Part shown: positions 44,476 to 53,573 of the stretch, one piece after another | How the letters are laid out: each line of letters starts with the position of its first letter | How positions within the stretch are numbered: the stretch's first letter is position 1 | Origin: a virus | Taxonomy: Duplodnaviria; Caudoviricetes | IMG/VR virus record: IMGVR_UViG_3300014866_000001 | Span: 4,377-68,376 of that record | Reading direction: 5' to 3' (one strand) | Length of the DNA: 64,000 nucleotides | Notes under the pieces: generated by a model | Told to the model about the DNA's origin: nothing | What the model saw: only the letters and a program-made list of their open reading frames with translations | The model's database searches: none | Translations under genes and position numbers: made by a program

Positions 44476-44731
44476 GCGTTCCACTAATCTCACGTAGGTC
44501 GCCGACGTTGGAATTGTTCGACGAGTATTGGAATCGTTCACCACCAGTAGTTCTGCCGGAATGCGGTACCACCATCGACTCCACATAGCTTGCAAGTGAA
44601 TTGGCTTCGCTCGGATTAAGACAAACAATCTCCGCTGCCAAATCCTCGATCTCGTCGCCAGCGAAGCCGACAGCCACGTTTGGCGGTTCGCTTGGAGGTT
44701 GTCGTTCTGCTTTCGTGTCTGTCATGGTCAT
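44453..44731 (-). CDS. Hypothetical protein with a bL12 N-terminus-like helix pattern
   Basis: EIEDLAAEIVCLNPSEANSLASYV. Confidence 0.45.
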   Translation of the reverse strand: MTMTDTKAERQPPSEPPNVAVGFAGDEIEDLAAEIVCLNPSEANSLASYVESMVVPHSGRTTGGERFQYSSNNSNVGDLREISGTHDQRRIH

Positions 44732-44748
44732 CTTCCCTTTGCGTACTC
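44636..44748. repeat. ~113-bp direct repeat, copy 1
   Basis: Matches 45654-45765 with 1 substitution and 1 indel. Confidence 0.92.
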
Positions 44749-44971
44749 AGTCCGTTTTTGATTCGATGTGACTCGTGATATGTTTCATTCGTTCGAGCTG
44801 ATGCGGCTCGCGAGCCCATGTCCCAAACCCAGCGTCAGCCAACTCTATCAACCGGCGAGTTTGACCAAGCGTAAGGAACGCCTCCCACTCCCCGACGCCA
44901 AGTCCAGCGGAGTAAGCCTTGTCGGCCGCGTCCATCTCGATGTCGTCGGCTTCTTTTTCAAGTCCGGGCAT
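44747..44971 (-). CDS. Hypothetical protein
   Basis: 74-aa ORF. Confidence 0.5.
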   Translation of the reverse strand: MPGLEKEADDIEMDAADKAYSAGLGVGEWEAFLTLGQTRRLIELADAGFGTWAREPHQLERMKHITSHIESKTD

Positions 44972-45001
44972 GTTTGTCTCCTACGCCGCTATTGTTTTGT
45001 A

Positions 45002-45451
45002 CTATGCGACGGGTTGAGTTTTTGTTATCTGGCTCTCGACAAACTTTCGCATTCTGGTCCACCGCGCGGCTGGGGTTTCTCCATCCTGAATCCATTTGCC
45101 ATCGGCGTCTCGCGACCATTGCTGGTATTCGTCGTTCTCGTACTCAATTTCGGCGGCCAGCGGACGAGCGATGTTAACCGCGTTCCCTACCTGCTCCGGG
45201 TCTTCGTAGTCAATCTTGCTGACGTCCACGCCGCGAGCCTTGCACACCACGCCAATCGTGCAGCATTGGCCTTCGTCGTCGATTAGCTCATCGGCAATGA
45301 GTTCCTTGACCGGCATTGCGTCCATCGCAGCGGCCAACTCCTTTAGGAAGGCTTGACCACGCTTGCCACGTGTGGCGCTTTTGACCTGGGCTCGCCAGCG
45401 ACCGGCAGCCAGATCATCGTCGATGTCGTCTACGTATCCACTTCTACTCAT
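45002..45451 (-). CDS. Conserved-type phage hypothetical protein
   Basis: MSRSGY.DD...GKRGQAFLKEL. Confidence 0.65.
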   Translation of the reverse strand: MSRSGYVDDIDDDLAAGRWRAQVKSATRGKRGQAFLKELAAAMDAMPVKELIADELIDDEGQCCTIGVVCKARGVDVSKIDYEDPEQVGNAVNIARPLAAEIEYENDEYQQWSRDADGKWIQDGETPAARWTRMRKFVESQITKTQPVA

Positions 45452-45578
45452 GTGGTTTTCTCCTGTGCGAGTGTTTGCGGGTACGGTGGGCGCGGCTTCC
45501 AGTTCTCGGATCTCGCACAACATCGCACTGAAGCCACGGCAAACTCAGTGTAATCGCGACCGCCAGCAATTACGGCAA

Positions 45579-45743
45579 TCATGGGGCGAGTTCCTTCCGC
45601 TTGGCGTCGGCCAATAGGTTGGCTTTCTTCTCACTGGTCGCTTCGCCGACGTATGCCAAATCCTCGATCTCGTCGCCAGCGAAGCCGACAGCCACGTTTG
45701 GCGGTTCGCTTGGAGGTTGTCGTTCTGCTTTCGTGTCTGTCAT
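45579..45743 (-). CDS. 54-aa protein sharing its first 30 aa with ORF 44453..44731
   Basis: Translated by hand: MTDTK...DEIEDLA then YVGEATSEKK... Confidence 0.4.
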   Translation of the reverse strand: MTDTKAERQPPSEPPNVAVGFAGDEIEDLAYVGEATSEKKANLLADAKRKELAP

Positions 45744-45765
45744 GGTCTTCTTCCTTTGCGTACTC
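45654..45765. repeat. ~113-bp direct repeat, copy 2
   Basis: Matches 44636-44748. Confidence 0.92.
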
Positions 45766-45769
45766 GCCG

Positions 45770-46144
45770 TTACAGTTCAACGTCCGTCTGCTCGACCACA
45801 CCATCTTTGACAGTTAGCCGTGTGATCGAATAGCCACCCTCCCAAACCAACAAGGCTTCGAGTTGGCCGCGACTCTCTTTCAATGCTGGCTCGAATATCC
45901 AATTGATGAACGTGCCCGACCCCTCGCCAGCCATGTCCAGCTTCGTGACAAGCAGTTGCTTTCCGTCGACTAGCGTTCCGGTAATCTCCTGGCCGCATCC
46001 ACACTCCAGAGTGACTTCGTTTTTATCGATGTTGTCGACTCTTTTCGGATGCCAGTCTTTTCGCTCGTGCCTAAAAAAAGCTTCCAGCGGAATGGTGAGC
46101 TTGTCCAACTTCTTAGTTTTCCATGTGTCGACGTTGTAACTCAT
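45770..46144 (-). CDS. Phage hypothetical protein
   Basis: 124-aa ORF with AAGGAG SD. Confidence 0.6.
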   Translation of the reverse strand: MSYNVDTWKTKKLDKLTIPLEAFFRHERKDWHPKRVDNIDKNEVTLECGCGQEITGTLVDGKQLLVTKLDMAGEGSGTFINWIFEPALKESRGQLEALLVWEGGYSITRLTVKDGVVEQTDVEL

Positions 46145-46172
46145 GATTACTCCTTGGCGATTATGTTTCGTA

Positions 46173-46361
46173 CTATGCGGGTACTGGCTTCTTCTTTGCT
46201 AATTTTGCCGCTTCCCGTTCTGCCTTGGCCTCTGCGCGAGCCAACCGCTGAAGCTCCGCAGCTTTCTCTTGGTTGAAAATGCGTTTCTCAATCTCTTTTT
46301 GTGTTGGGTCTGGGTCCAGCGGTGTCCTTTTCACCAAACAGTCGCAGTACGTTTTGATCAA
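46173..46361 (-). CDS. Hypothetical protein
   Basis: 62-aa ORF with SD. Confidence 0.45.
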   Translation of the reverse strand: MIKTYCDCLVKRTPLDPDPTQKEIEKRIFNQEKAAELQRLARAEAKAEREAAKLAKKKPVPA

Positions 46362-46458
46362 TTCGCCTCGGGAGAATGAGTTGCTCGTATGGCCATTGAG
46401 AATTAGCCGCGATAGTTGAATCGCAGCTTCTGTTCACTCCTGTTTGCTTCTTTGCGGG

Positions 46459-46770
46459 CTAGTCGTTCGCATCGGATACATCATCAGCCAGTTGTTTCGC
46501 CCAGACGTCAATATCAACGTTTGTTGGGTTGGCTGCTCGCTGAGCAATCCGAGATGCCATCTGACGCATTTCGTCACTGGCAACCGATATAACGATTGTC
46601 AGCGACTTCAGATAGGCATCGTTCTGACGAACTAATACTGTCGCATCCAGCACATTGCGCAGGCGAAGGATCTCGACTTCCGCCTTTGTCAGCAACATCG
46701 CCGTGCGCCGCTCCCTGGCGTGCGATGGAAGGTTCATTAAGTGTGTTCGGATTTCCTCAAGCAAACTCAT
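46459..46770 (-). CDS. Hypothetical protein
   Basis: 103-aa ORF. Confidence 0.5.
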   Translation of the reverse strand: MSLLEEIRTHLMNLPSHARERRTAMLLTKAEVEILRLRNVLDATVLVRQNDAYLKSLTIVISVASDEMRQMASRIAQRAANPTNVDIDVWAKQLADDVSDAND

Positions 46771-46962
46771 AGTTCTGACCTTTTGGCTATAGCTGCTATT
46801 CGTCTGTCACAAAGTTAATGAAATTGCCTACGTCGCTTTCGGTCGATTGCCTGGCAAGCCGATCAATTCCGCTCTCCGCGAATGCTTCAGGCACATAGGC
46901 TGGGTTCGCGACCAGAGTTTATGACCCCGCATTGACTCCGGTTGGCATGACTGACAATCGGC

Positions 46963-47277
46963 TCATACGTCCGACTCGTGGGCTAATTGTGTAGTCTCTG
47001 GAACGCTCGGAAATTGATACCGCTTCATCTGCTCATCAAGGAAATCTACGACCACCTTGCATTGAATCGCCGTCATATTCGCAATGTGGTCATCAGGGAT
47101 GGCCCGTAGAACATTGGCGCAACTGTTAATCAGGCTGAGCGAGCGTCGGTGCTTATGCTTTACGTCCTCCATTTCCTCCCACTCGGTCAACTCAGCCATC
47201 AGGGCAGACGTGACATCCTCCGCCGTGATCTGAACTTCGACCTCAGTTTCAACCGTCACGTCTTTTATGATTTTCAT
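46963..47277 (-). CDS. Hypothetical protein
   Basis: MKIIKDV start with AGGTGG SD. Confidence 0.55.
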   Translation of the reverse strand: MKIIKDVTVETEVEVQITAEDVTSALMAELTEWEEMEDVKHKHRRSLSLINSCANVLRAIPDDHIANMTAIQCKVVVDFLDEQMKRYQFPSVPETTQLAHESDV

Positions 47278-47299
47278 GTTTGCGTACCACCTATAAGAT

Positions 47300-47506
47300 T
47301 CAGCGCTTCGCTCGCTTCGCGTTTGCTGGATAGATCGTTCTGTAACCGACGTGGTACAAGTACTTCCCGTCCCTCGACAGCCACTCGGAATACGTGATGT
47401 TGCCATTGCCGCGTACCGCCCGACTGCGGCACAAGCCGTCATGACCTTCGGCACGGATACACACCTGACCGCCATGACCGTGTTTTATCCCGCAAGGTGT
47501 TTTCAT
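47300..47506 (-). CDS. Small Cys/His protein
   Basis: CGIKH...CIRAEGHDGLC. Confidence 0.5.
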   Translation of the reverse strand: MKTPCGIKHGHGGQVCIRAEGHDGLCRSRAVRGNGNITYSEWLSRDGKYLYHVGYRTIYPANAKRAKR

Positions 47507-47574
47507 AAGTGCTTATCGCTAATCCTGAAACTCAAGTTCGCGAGTTTTGACAAATTCACTTTTGCTTAGGCTTG

Positions 47575-48063
47575 TCACCCAGGGATGGGGTCGGCATCCC
47601 AAGTTTTTTCAGCGATTGGCAAAGGTGATGGCCTTCTGCCGGAATTCGATCGCCAGCCGTTCCGCCAATCCCACAATCCTTGGGCGCCGCGAGCTGGAAT
47701 CGGGGACTCAAGTTTCTTGACGTCCTCCAGCACCCAACAAAACGGCCCTTCCGTGTGTTCGTGTCGGTACAACTCCGACCAGTTCTTAGTTGACCCCAGG
47801 GCAATCAGTCGCTTGCGCCGCTCTGGATCCACGCCGTACTCTTGAATCCTGCTGAGATGAGGGCACGCCACCAATCTGGCAATGGCGATGATGCAGCCGG
47901 TTGGATAGTCCCTGAGTTGTTCGGCGTCCAAGTATTGCGTGCCTTTGCCCGCGTGAATCGCGAGTGGGCCGCGATACACAACCTCCCACTTGCGGTTCTC
48001 AACGAACTTCTCGCCATCGGCAATCAAACTGGCATACGGCTGGGAAATAGTCAGTGCTTTCAT
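47575..48063 (-). CDS. ASCH domain protein
   Basis: MKALTISQPYASLI..GEK.VENR...LAIHAG...RGAQGLW. Confidence 0.9.
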   Translation of the reverse strand: MKALTISQPYASLIADGEKFVENRKWEVVYRGPLAIHAGKGTQYLDAEQLRDYPTGCIIAIARLVACPHLSRIQEYGVDPERRKRLIALGSTKNWSELYRHEHTEGPFCWVLEDVKKLESPIPARGAQGLWDWRNGWRSNSGRRPSPLPIAEKTWDADPIPG

Positions 48064-48695
48064 CGTTCAACCTCGTCATTGCTTCCTCGCTCGCAAAGGG
48101 CCATCACAATCCCACGAACGTCGCCAGGCGCACGAAATAAAATCCCATTTTCCATCAACGTGAATTCGACTCCCGGAATCGAACGGATTGCTCGCTCGTA
48201 CTTTGCCTTAATTTGTCTGCCGCTGACTTCGCATGAATACGGCTGCATGAAGTGCTTTTGGCCGTTGCAAGCCGGGCACTTCCCGCAACCAATAGTGCCT
48301 TCCCCCTGACAGTCCTTGCAGTCGTACTCGTGACCACACTCCGAACATTTAAGTTCACCGCGACCATTGCACTCCTCGCAATCCTTTACGTGAGCGAACC
48401 CACCACCTTGACACTTTAGGCACTCCTGATCGGTATCAACTGTCTGGACAGATTCCGGCCACGGCCTCCACTGGTGATTACCCTCATGGTGCAGCAGGAC
48501 GACTCCAGGCACATCGGGTAGTTTGCCATCGACGACTGTGTCCAACTCACCTGGAGCCGCGACGAGCACCGCAATGGCACCGTCAGTACCGCACAGCCAG
48601 CCGCGTTTAACGAATGGGTTGCCAAGCACATAGCGAGTGCTGCTGTCGTCGCAAAACAACTGCACGTCAAACGGCGCTAATACTGTTGTTTCCAT
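48060..48695 (-). CDS. Phage protein with DnaJ-like CxxCxGxG Zn fingers
   Basis: Repeated CxxCxGxG motifs. Confidence 0.7.
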   Translation of the reverse strand: METTVLAPFDVQLFCDDSSTRYVLGNPFVKRGWLCGTDGAIAVLVAAPGELDTVVDGKLPDVPGVVLLHHEGNHQWRPWPESVQTVDTDQECLKCQGGGFAHVKDCEECNGRGELKCSECGHEYDCKDCQGEGTIGCGKCPACNGQKHFMQPYSCEVSGRQIKAKYERAIRSIPGVEFTLMENGILFRAPGDVRGIVMALCERGSNDEVER

Positions 48696-48713
48696 AGGTT
48701 TGTTTCCGTACTG

Positions 48714-50387
48714 CTAGGAAGCTGCAACGATTCTCCGCGCGATCCACTCAATACACGGGACCGCCACACTGTTTCCGATCATTCGATACCTAGCTGAGTC
48801 GCTGATCTCTTTCCCGTCATGCCCGAACCGCGTCCAGTCATCAGGGAACCCCTGCAATCGCTCGCACTCCCGCGGCGTCAGTCGGCGAACACGCATTTGG
48901 CTGTCAACGCATTGGGGCCTTCTATCTGTCTGACCGCCATCGCCGTGATTCGTAAGGGCATAAGCCACGAAGGGTACGCCACCCGTCTCGTTCCCGTTGC
49001 CAGCTCGAATTGTTCCCATCGGTCCTACGTTGGAGCCGTGGCATTGATAGGCGACGATGTTTTGGTTTGGATCGCTCCCACAATTCAAAGCTGCCGTTTT
49101 ATCGCCCTGCTCCATCACGCCACAGTTACCGGATGTCCGATAGGCGATCGCTGGCGGATGCTGTCCCTTTGCCAGCGTGTGACACGGATCACCTGGTTGC
49201 GGATTAGCTCGACTTATTGGGCTTGTTATTTGGGTGGTATCAAACGCCACTGGGATGATCGGCGTTCCCCGTCCCGTGCCGTCTTCGCTCGCGTCCGCCC
49301 CTTCGCCTCGCAGGGAATGCGTGACAACTAGCCGGGATTCTTTGGCGTCGTGATCGGCATAAGGCTTGGTGTCGAGCGGGGACGCGATTAGGTGCCCGGC
49401 CTCAACCGCCTGCTGAGTTGTCATCGCGTGGCCGTGTCGCCTTGAGTGTGCCTGAAGCGAACCGACAACTAAATGTTCTCCAGGTTCAGTTCGGAACCCA
49501 CCGTTATTTCCGCCGCTATTCAAGGTCGCTGCCACGAACGTTTCCGACTCACCATCGTACCGATTGCCTTTTTTACCATTCAGGCACAAGGCGAGGTTGT
49601 AATCGTCTTCCCGTCTTCGGCCGGCATATCCTCCCCGGCCACTGCTTTCAGTGCCTCGTGTAAGACATGCGGCAGTTCGCGCCCCCGATTCCCGGCTCGG
49701 CGCAGAATCCCACGGCAGGCTGTCGGACTCAAAAAGTACTCGGGCGGCACGTTTCCAGTCTCCAAGACATCCGACAATGAGCACACGTCGGCGTCGCTGG
49801 GCCACTCGGAACCACTGAGCGTCAAGAATGCGGTAGGCGAACCCATACCGCAGTTCTGCCAAGTCGGCCAGCACACCGAAGTAATCTCGCCCCTTATGAA
49901 GGTCGAGAACTCGTCGGCATTCATTGCATCGAGAGCACTGGCAACCGATTCGGGAGTGGGGGTGCAGTTGCTTGTGTCGCTGGTCGTGCAAAGCTCTGAA
50001 AGCGCGGAGGGTGGAACAAACCCGACAGCCACAGACCGACAAAAGACCGGGGACGTTTTCGCCAAAAAACCAACGGGGGGCAAACTCTTTGAGGGTTCGC
50101 CTGACTTCTCCCCACAATCCGCTTCGCTCGTCAGCCATGCCACCACGCTTTCCAGCCACGGAGTTACCTTGGCATGGCCATCCTGCGCAGATGATGTCTG
50201 GTCGTCCGGAAGTTGATCGAACAGAGAACGCTGTAACATCCGTGTGTTGCTCCTCATCCGACCAGTGTCGGCGGCATACCGAATTGCACTGACCGTCAAT
50301 CTCGACCGCGAAAGCGGATTCGGCCCCAGCGTTTCGGAACGCTCGGTCAAATCCACCAATCCCGCGGAATAATGATCCAAATTTCAT
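48714..50387 (-). CDS. DNA (cytosine-5) methyltransferase
   Basis: LFRGIGG, AGWPCQ, GENV, AQRRRR, RRLTPRECERLQGFP, GNSV. Confidence 0.93.
   Translation of the reverse strand: MKFGSLFRGIGGFDRAFRNAGAESAFAVEIDGQCNSVCRRHWSDEEQHTDVTAFSVRSTSGRPDIICAGWPCQGNSVAGKRGGMADERSGLWGEVRRTLKEFAPRWFFGENVPGLLSVCGCRVCSTLRAFRALHDQRHKQLHPHSRIGCQCSRCNECRRVLDLHKGRDYFGVLADLAELRYGFAYRILDAQWFRVAQRRRRVLIVGCLGDWKRAARVLFESDSLPWDSAPSRESGARTAACLTRGTESSGRGGYAGRRREDDYNLALCLNGKKGNRYDGESETFVAATLNSGGNNGGFRTEPGEHLVVGSLQAHSRRHGHAMTTQQAVEAGHLIASPLDTKPYADHDAKESRLVVTHSLRGEGADASEDGTGRGTPIIPVAFDTTQITSPISRANPQPGDPCHTLAKGQHPPAIAYRTSGNCGVMEQGDKTAALNCGSDPNQNIVAYQCHGSNVGPMGTIRAGNGNETGGVPFVAYALTNHGDGGQTDRRPQCVDSQMRVRRLTPRECERLQGFPDDWTRFGHDGKEISDSARYRMIGNSVAVPCIEWIARRIVAAS
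49580..50380 (-). CDS. Alternative-frame ORF nested in the C5-MTase gene (EcoHK31I beta-like)
   Basis: CSLSDVLET...YFLSPTACRGILRRA.NRGRELP...ALKAVA; true start uncertain. Confidence 0.5.
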   Translation of the reverse strand: MDHYSAGLVDLTERSETLGPNPLSRSRLTVSAIRYAADTGRMRSNTRMLQRSLFDQLPDDQTSSAQDGHAKVTPWLESVVAWLTSEADCGEKSGEPSKSLPPVGFLAKTSPVFCRSVAVGFVPPSALSELCTTSDTSNCTPTPESVASALDAMNADEFSTFIRGEITSVCWPTWQNCGMGSPTAFLTLSGSEWPSDADVCSLSDVLETGNVPPEYFLSPTACRGILRRAGNRGRELPHVLHEALKAVAGEDMPAEDGKTITTSPCA

Positions 50388-50392
50388 GGCTG

Positions 50393-50674
50393 CTATCTTT
50401 TGCTAGGGAAGCTGCTAAACCGCGAGCTCCCGTTGAACATTGCCAAGCCGAGCATTGAGGCTACATGCGAACACACACCGTCAGACATGGCCTCAGCAAT
50501 CGAACGAGACTGCATGCACCAGCTCGCCCCGCGTAGAGCCTGATATGAGGCAACGTGATTTGTCCACGCCACCAGAATTTCCGCTTGTTCGTCCGCCGTT
50601 CCATACGCCAATGCACGGCCGATCTGGTCCGCCGTGATTTCGACGGCTCGAATAATCACAGAATCGTTTGTCAT
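50393..50674 (-). CDS. Hypothetical protein
   Basis: 93-aa ORF. Confidence 0.5.
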   Translation of the reverse strand: MTNDSVIIRAVEITADQIGRALAYGTADEQAEILVAWTNHVASYQALRGASWCMQSRSIAEAMSDGVCSHVASMLGLAMFNGSSRFSSFPSKR

Positions 50675-50701
50675 GTTTTGACTCCAAAATCACGCGGCGT
50701 G

Positions 50702-50953
50702 TTAGTTCACCGGGCACAAGATCAATGCTGGGTCCCCGTCGATTACGTCTTCTTGCGAGTAGCCATCTTTTTTCAACTGTGGAGTCAGTCGCTCCAGACC
50801 GACATCTCCGCTCCATGTCGTGTCGGCGCGGTAGCGACCAATCCAGCCATCAGAAAGCGGAGAGTAACCATTGCCCTCTGCGTCCTTTGCCATAATCACA
50901 ATGCGATCCGGATCGTGGCGGCTTAGGAACTCGATTAATTCTTTGACTGTCAT
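50702..50953 (-). CDS. Phage hypothetical protein
   Basis: MTVKELIEFL...DAEGNGYSPL. Confidence 0.65.
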   Translation of the reverse strand: MTVKELIEFLSRHDPDRIVIMAKDAEGNGYSPLSDGWIGRYRADTTWSGDVGLERLTPQLKKDGYSQEDVIDGDPALILCPVN

Positions 50954-51006
50954 GACTTACTCCTTGAGTCGTCCCACAAACTCACGCCTTAGACCTGACA
51001 CGCGGA

Positions 51007-51249
51007 TTACATAAACGCCGCCCACGGTTCTTGCGGATCGTAGTCGTCGGCTGTGTATCCATTCGGTCCGCCAATCCCTTCCTGGAACCAACCAAGACCG
51101 ACCAGCGTTTCGACCGTTGCTCGTTCGATCGGCTTGTCAGTGCGATCGACGCAGAAAATGTCGTGCTCAGCATTGGTGTGGAATCCATCGGGGTTGTCGA
51201 AGTATTTACGAATCATCTCCAACCCGGTCACAAAATTACTTAGCCGCAT
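51007..51249 (-). CDS. Phage hypothetical protein
   Basis: 80-aa ORF with GGAGG SD. Confidence 0.6.
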   Translation of the reverse strand: MRLSNFVTGLEMIRKYFDNPDGFHTNAEHDIFCVDRTDKPIERATVETLVGLGWFQEGIGGPNGYTADDYDPQEPWAAFM

Positions 51250-51270
51250 AAGTCCTCCACCTTTGATTGT

Positions 51271-51459
51271 CTACGCGGTTTTCAGTTTCCAGTCGCGAAG
51301 GACCGCCACCGGAATCACAACCTCCAACCAGAAATCCGGGTGGAGTTGATCGTCGACGCGGACCTTCACGTACGCCTCATCAACGGACGCGACCTCGCCA
51401 TAGAACTTCGCGGCAATCGTTTTCAAGCGGCCCAGGATGCTGCGTGATGTGACGACCAC
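51271..51459 (-). CDS. Hypothetical protein
   Basis: 62-aa ORF. Confidence 0.45.
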   Translation of the reverse strand: MVVTSRSILGRLKTIAAKFYGEVASVDEAYVKVRVDDQLHPDFWLEVVIPVAVLRDWKLKTA

Positions 51460-51473
51460 GGATAATCAGTTCT

Positions 51474-51797
51474 TCACTCGCCATCTCGGTTCTCCTCTGG
51501 GACAGGTCCAAAAACTCGCAGTACGTGGAACGGTGCTCCGCGCGCCAAGTCCTCTTCCGTTAGCCTCAATGCCTCTGCACGACGTCCGAATTGTTTGCCG
51601 TCTGGCATGCACACCCACAGTCCTGGCCCTGTTGGTCGGTCGTGCCACGCTGGACACGCGAGGAACGCCGTGGCGACATTGATTGCGTCTAGTGGACTTC
51701 CAGCCCAACCGAAATCTGAAGGCTGTGCGAATATGCCTGTGGCCACCATGGGGGCATCTATCAGCCGCTGTGCAGCCGCTCGTAATTTGTCGTTCAT
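51474..51797 (-). CDS. Hypothetical protein
   Basis: 107-aa coupled ORF. Confidence 0.55.
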   Translation of the reverse strand: MNDKLRAAAQRLIDAPMVATGIFAQPSDFGWAGSPLDAINVATAFLACPAWHDRPTGPGLWVCMPDGKQFGRRAEALRLTEEDLARGAPFHVLRVFGPVPEENRDGE

Positions 51798-52084
51798 GTT
51801 TCGGACCTTGTTGCTCGCACTCGCCGCGCTGACACCGGCTCGAAGTTGTCTTCAAAGTACGCCTTCGCCACGAGCCACTGGTCAGCGTGGTTCTTTGGGT
51901 TCCTGGCAATCATGTCTCCCTCTTTTGGCGAACCGGCGTCCTTATCAACCTGAGCAACAGACACCTTTCCGTCCAATTGCTCGCCGAGAACGTAAGGACG
52001 AAGTTCCGCAATCTGCTTGCGACGATACTGAGTGAACATCAACAAATCCGTTTTTGCTTCTTTAATGTCCACTGCATTACTCAT
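51794..52084 (-). CDS. Conserved-type phage hypothetical protein
   Basis: GSPKEGDMIARNPKNHADQWLVAKAYF. Confidence 0.7.
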   Translation of the reverse strand: MSNAVDIKEAKTDLLMFTQYRRKQIAELRPYVLGEQLDGKVSVAQVDKDAGSPKEGDMIARNPKNHADQWLVAKAYFEDNFEPVSARRVRATRSET

Positions 52085-52180
52085 TCAAAGTGGTTGATTT
52101 GTTACAAAACTCGCATAGTTCAAGTGATACTCGGCTTCGTCTAGATCTGGACAATCGTGATGACGATGTTGTCCCCGACT

Positions 52181-52627
52181 CTAATTTTCTGTCCCTCGCG
52201 GCGCGTCGTAACAAGCATGATTTTCTACTCCCTGAGTTAAGGTTTCTGATTCCCTGAATTCATTCGTCCGCTGCTCGTGGCACTGCTCACACAGAACCCG
52301 TAATCCCTCGGGCTCACAAAACAAACGCTCTACGAACCCGCTGACGTCATCGATCGATTTCAAACTCCCGCACGGAACGATGTGGTCAACGTGACATTCC
52401 TTGCCCATGAACCAATGACCGCACTCCGCACACAGGTACTCCCACTTCTGCCGTTTGTTCGGTCCCTCGTACTTCCGTCGCGCCGCCCTCATCGCAAGAC
52501 GCGCCACGGGTGGCCATCGTCGCGACATCTGGCGCAGACCAGACCGGAGGAACCCATAAAAAGCTGCCTCCGTCCATTCGCCTCCTGCTCGTGTTCTCGG
52601 TACTCGTCCCGTGAGTGGCCGTCGCAT
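52181..52627 (-). CDS. HNH endonuclease
   Basis: YLCAEC...VDHIVPCG...LRVLCEQCH. Confidence 0.85.
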   Translation of the reverse strand: MRRPLTGRVPRTRAGGEWTEAAFYGFLRSGLRQMSRRWPPVARLAMRAARRKYEGPNKRQKWEYLCAECGHWFMGKECHVDHIVPCGSLKSIDDVSGFVERLFCEPEGLRVLCEQCHEQRTNEFRESETLTQGVENHACYDAPRGTEN

Positions 52628-52658
52628 GTCGACATCCTTGATAATTTCGTTGCACTGC

Positions 52659-52928
52659 CTAGTCGTATTCCAAGTCTTTGCTGTCAGCCAACCACTTCGG
52701 AATCTCGATAGTGTCAATCCAATCGCCGCGAGTCGGAGGTTGTCCGACGATTTGGCTCAGCGGCAACCAGACTTCGACGTCACGGTCCTTCAATCCAACA
52801 GCCTTATCGGTGACAACGGCAACAAACATCTCGGTTTCAAACGTGACGGTGACAGTTTCGCTCCGGTCGTCATCGTCGTCGCGGTCCCAACTTGTCGGCC
52901 ATTCACTGAGCGGCATTGCTCGCTCCAT
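52659..52928 (-). CDS. Hypothetical protein
   Basis: EVWLPLSQI motif. Confidence 0.6.
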   Translation of the reverse strand: MERAMPLSEWPTSWDRDDDDDRSETVTVTFETEMFVAVVTDKAVGLKDRDVEVWLPLSQIVGQPPTRGDWIDTIEIPKWLADSKDLEYD

Positions 52929-53544
52929 TCCAATGCTTCCGAATAATCCCCATTACTTTTTCGCGCCACACATGGAACCCGGCTTCCATATCCTGTTCGA
53001 CTTGTGCGGCTTGACCGGCTTCGCCTTCAATGCCATCCAGGGCGTCGTGGATTTCCTCAGCAGCCGCTTGAATCCAGGACTCCTGCATCTCGGCGGAGGG
53101 ATTTGGATCAAACGTCCCTAATTGTCCGTCCGAAAATCGAAGTGCCGAGTGACCATCGCGCCGCGTCTCACCTTCGTGAGTCAGCGCTTTCACCATGCCT
53201 TCAGCCAATTGCTTTGCGAGTTTTCCGCGACTACTCTTGAGGTCAGCCACAATCGCCGCCTTCAAAAGTTCCTTGTGCTTCCCCAGCTCCTCTTGAAGGG
53301 CTTCCTTGACCGCTTCGCGAACGCATTGCTGCATGACGTGCTGAAGCCAAGTCGGTTCGGTATTGCTCTGGTAGCTCGATGGCTTTCCGTCTCGGTCGAC
53401 TCTGATATTTAGCACCTGATGAACGCATTTCGTCACAAGCTCGTCGCGACCTTTTAACGCCTCTGCAACCGCGCTGGCCACGTGCTGCCGGATGATTGGT
53501 TCGATGACGTCATTCGGGACTTGTAACGTTGCTGAATCAGACAT
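52903..53544 (-). CDS. Hypothetical protein
   Basis: 213-aa ORF with GGAG SD. Confidence 0.6.
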   Translation of the reverse strand: MSDSATLQVPNDVIEPIIRQHVASAVAEALKGRDELVTKCVHQVLNIRVDRDGKPSSYQSNTEPTWLQHVMQQCVREAVKEALQEELGKHKELLKAAIVADLKSSRGKLAKQLAEGMVKALTHEGETRRDGHSALRFSDGQLGTFDPNPSAEMQESWIQAAAEEIHDALDGIEGEAGQAAQVEQDMEAGFHVWREKVMGIIRKHWNGASNAAQ

Positions 53545-53573
53545 GACATTCTCCGTTTATGATGTTGCTTATA

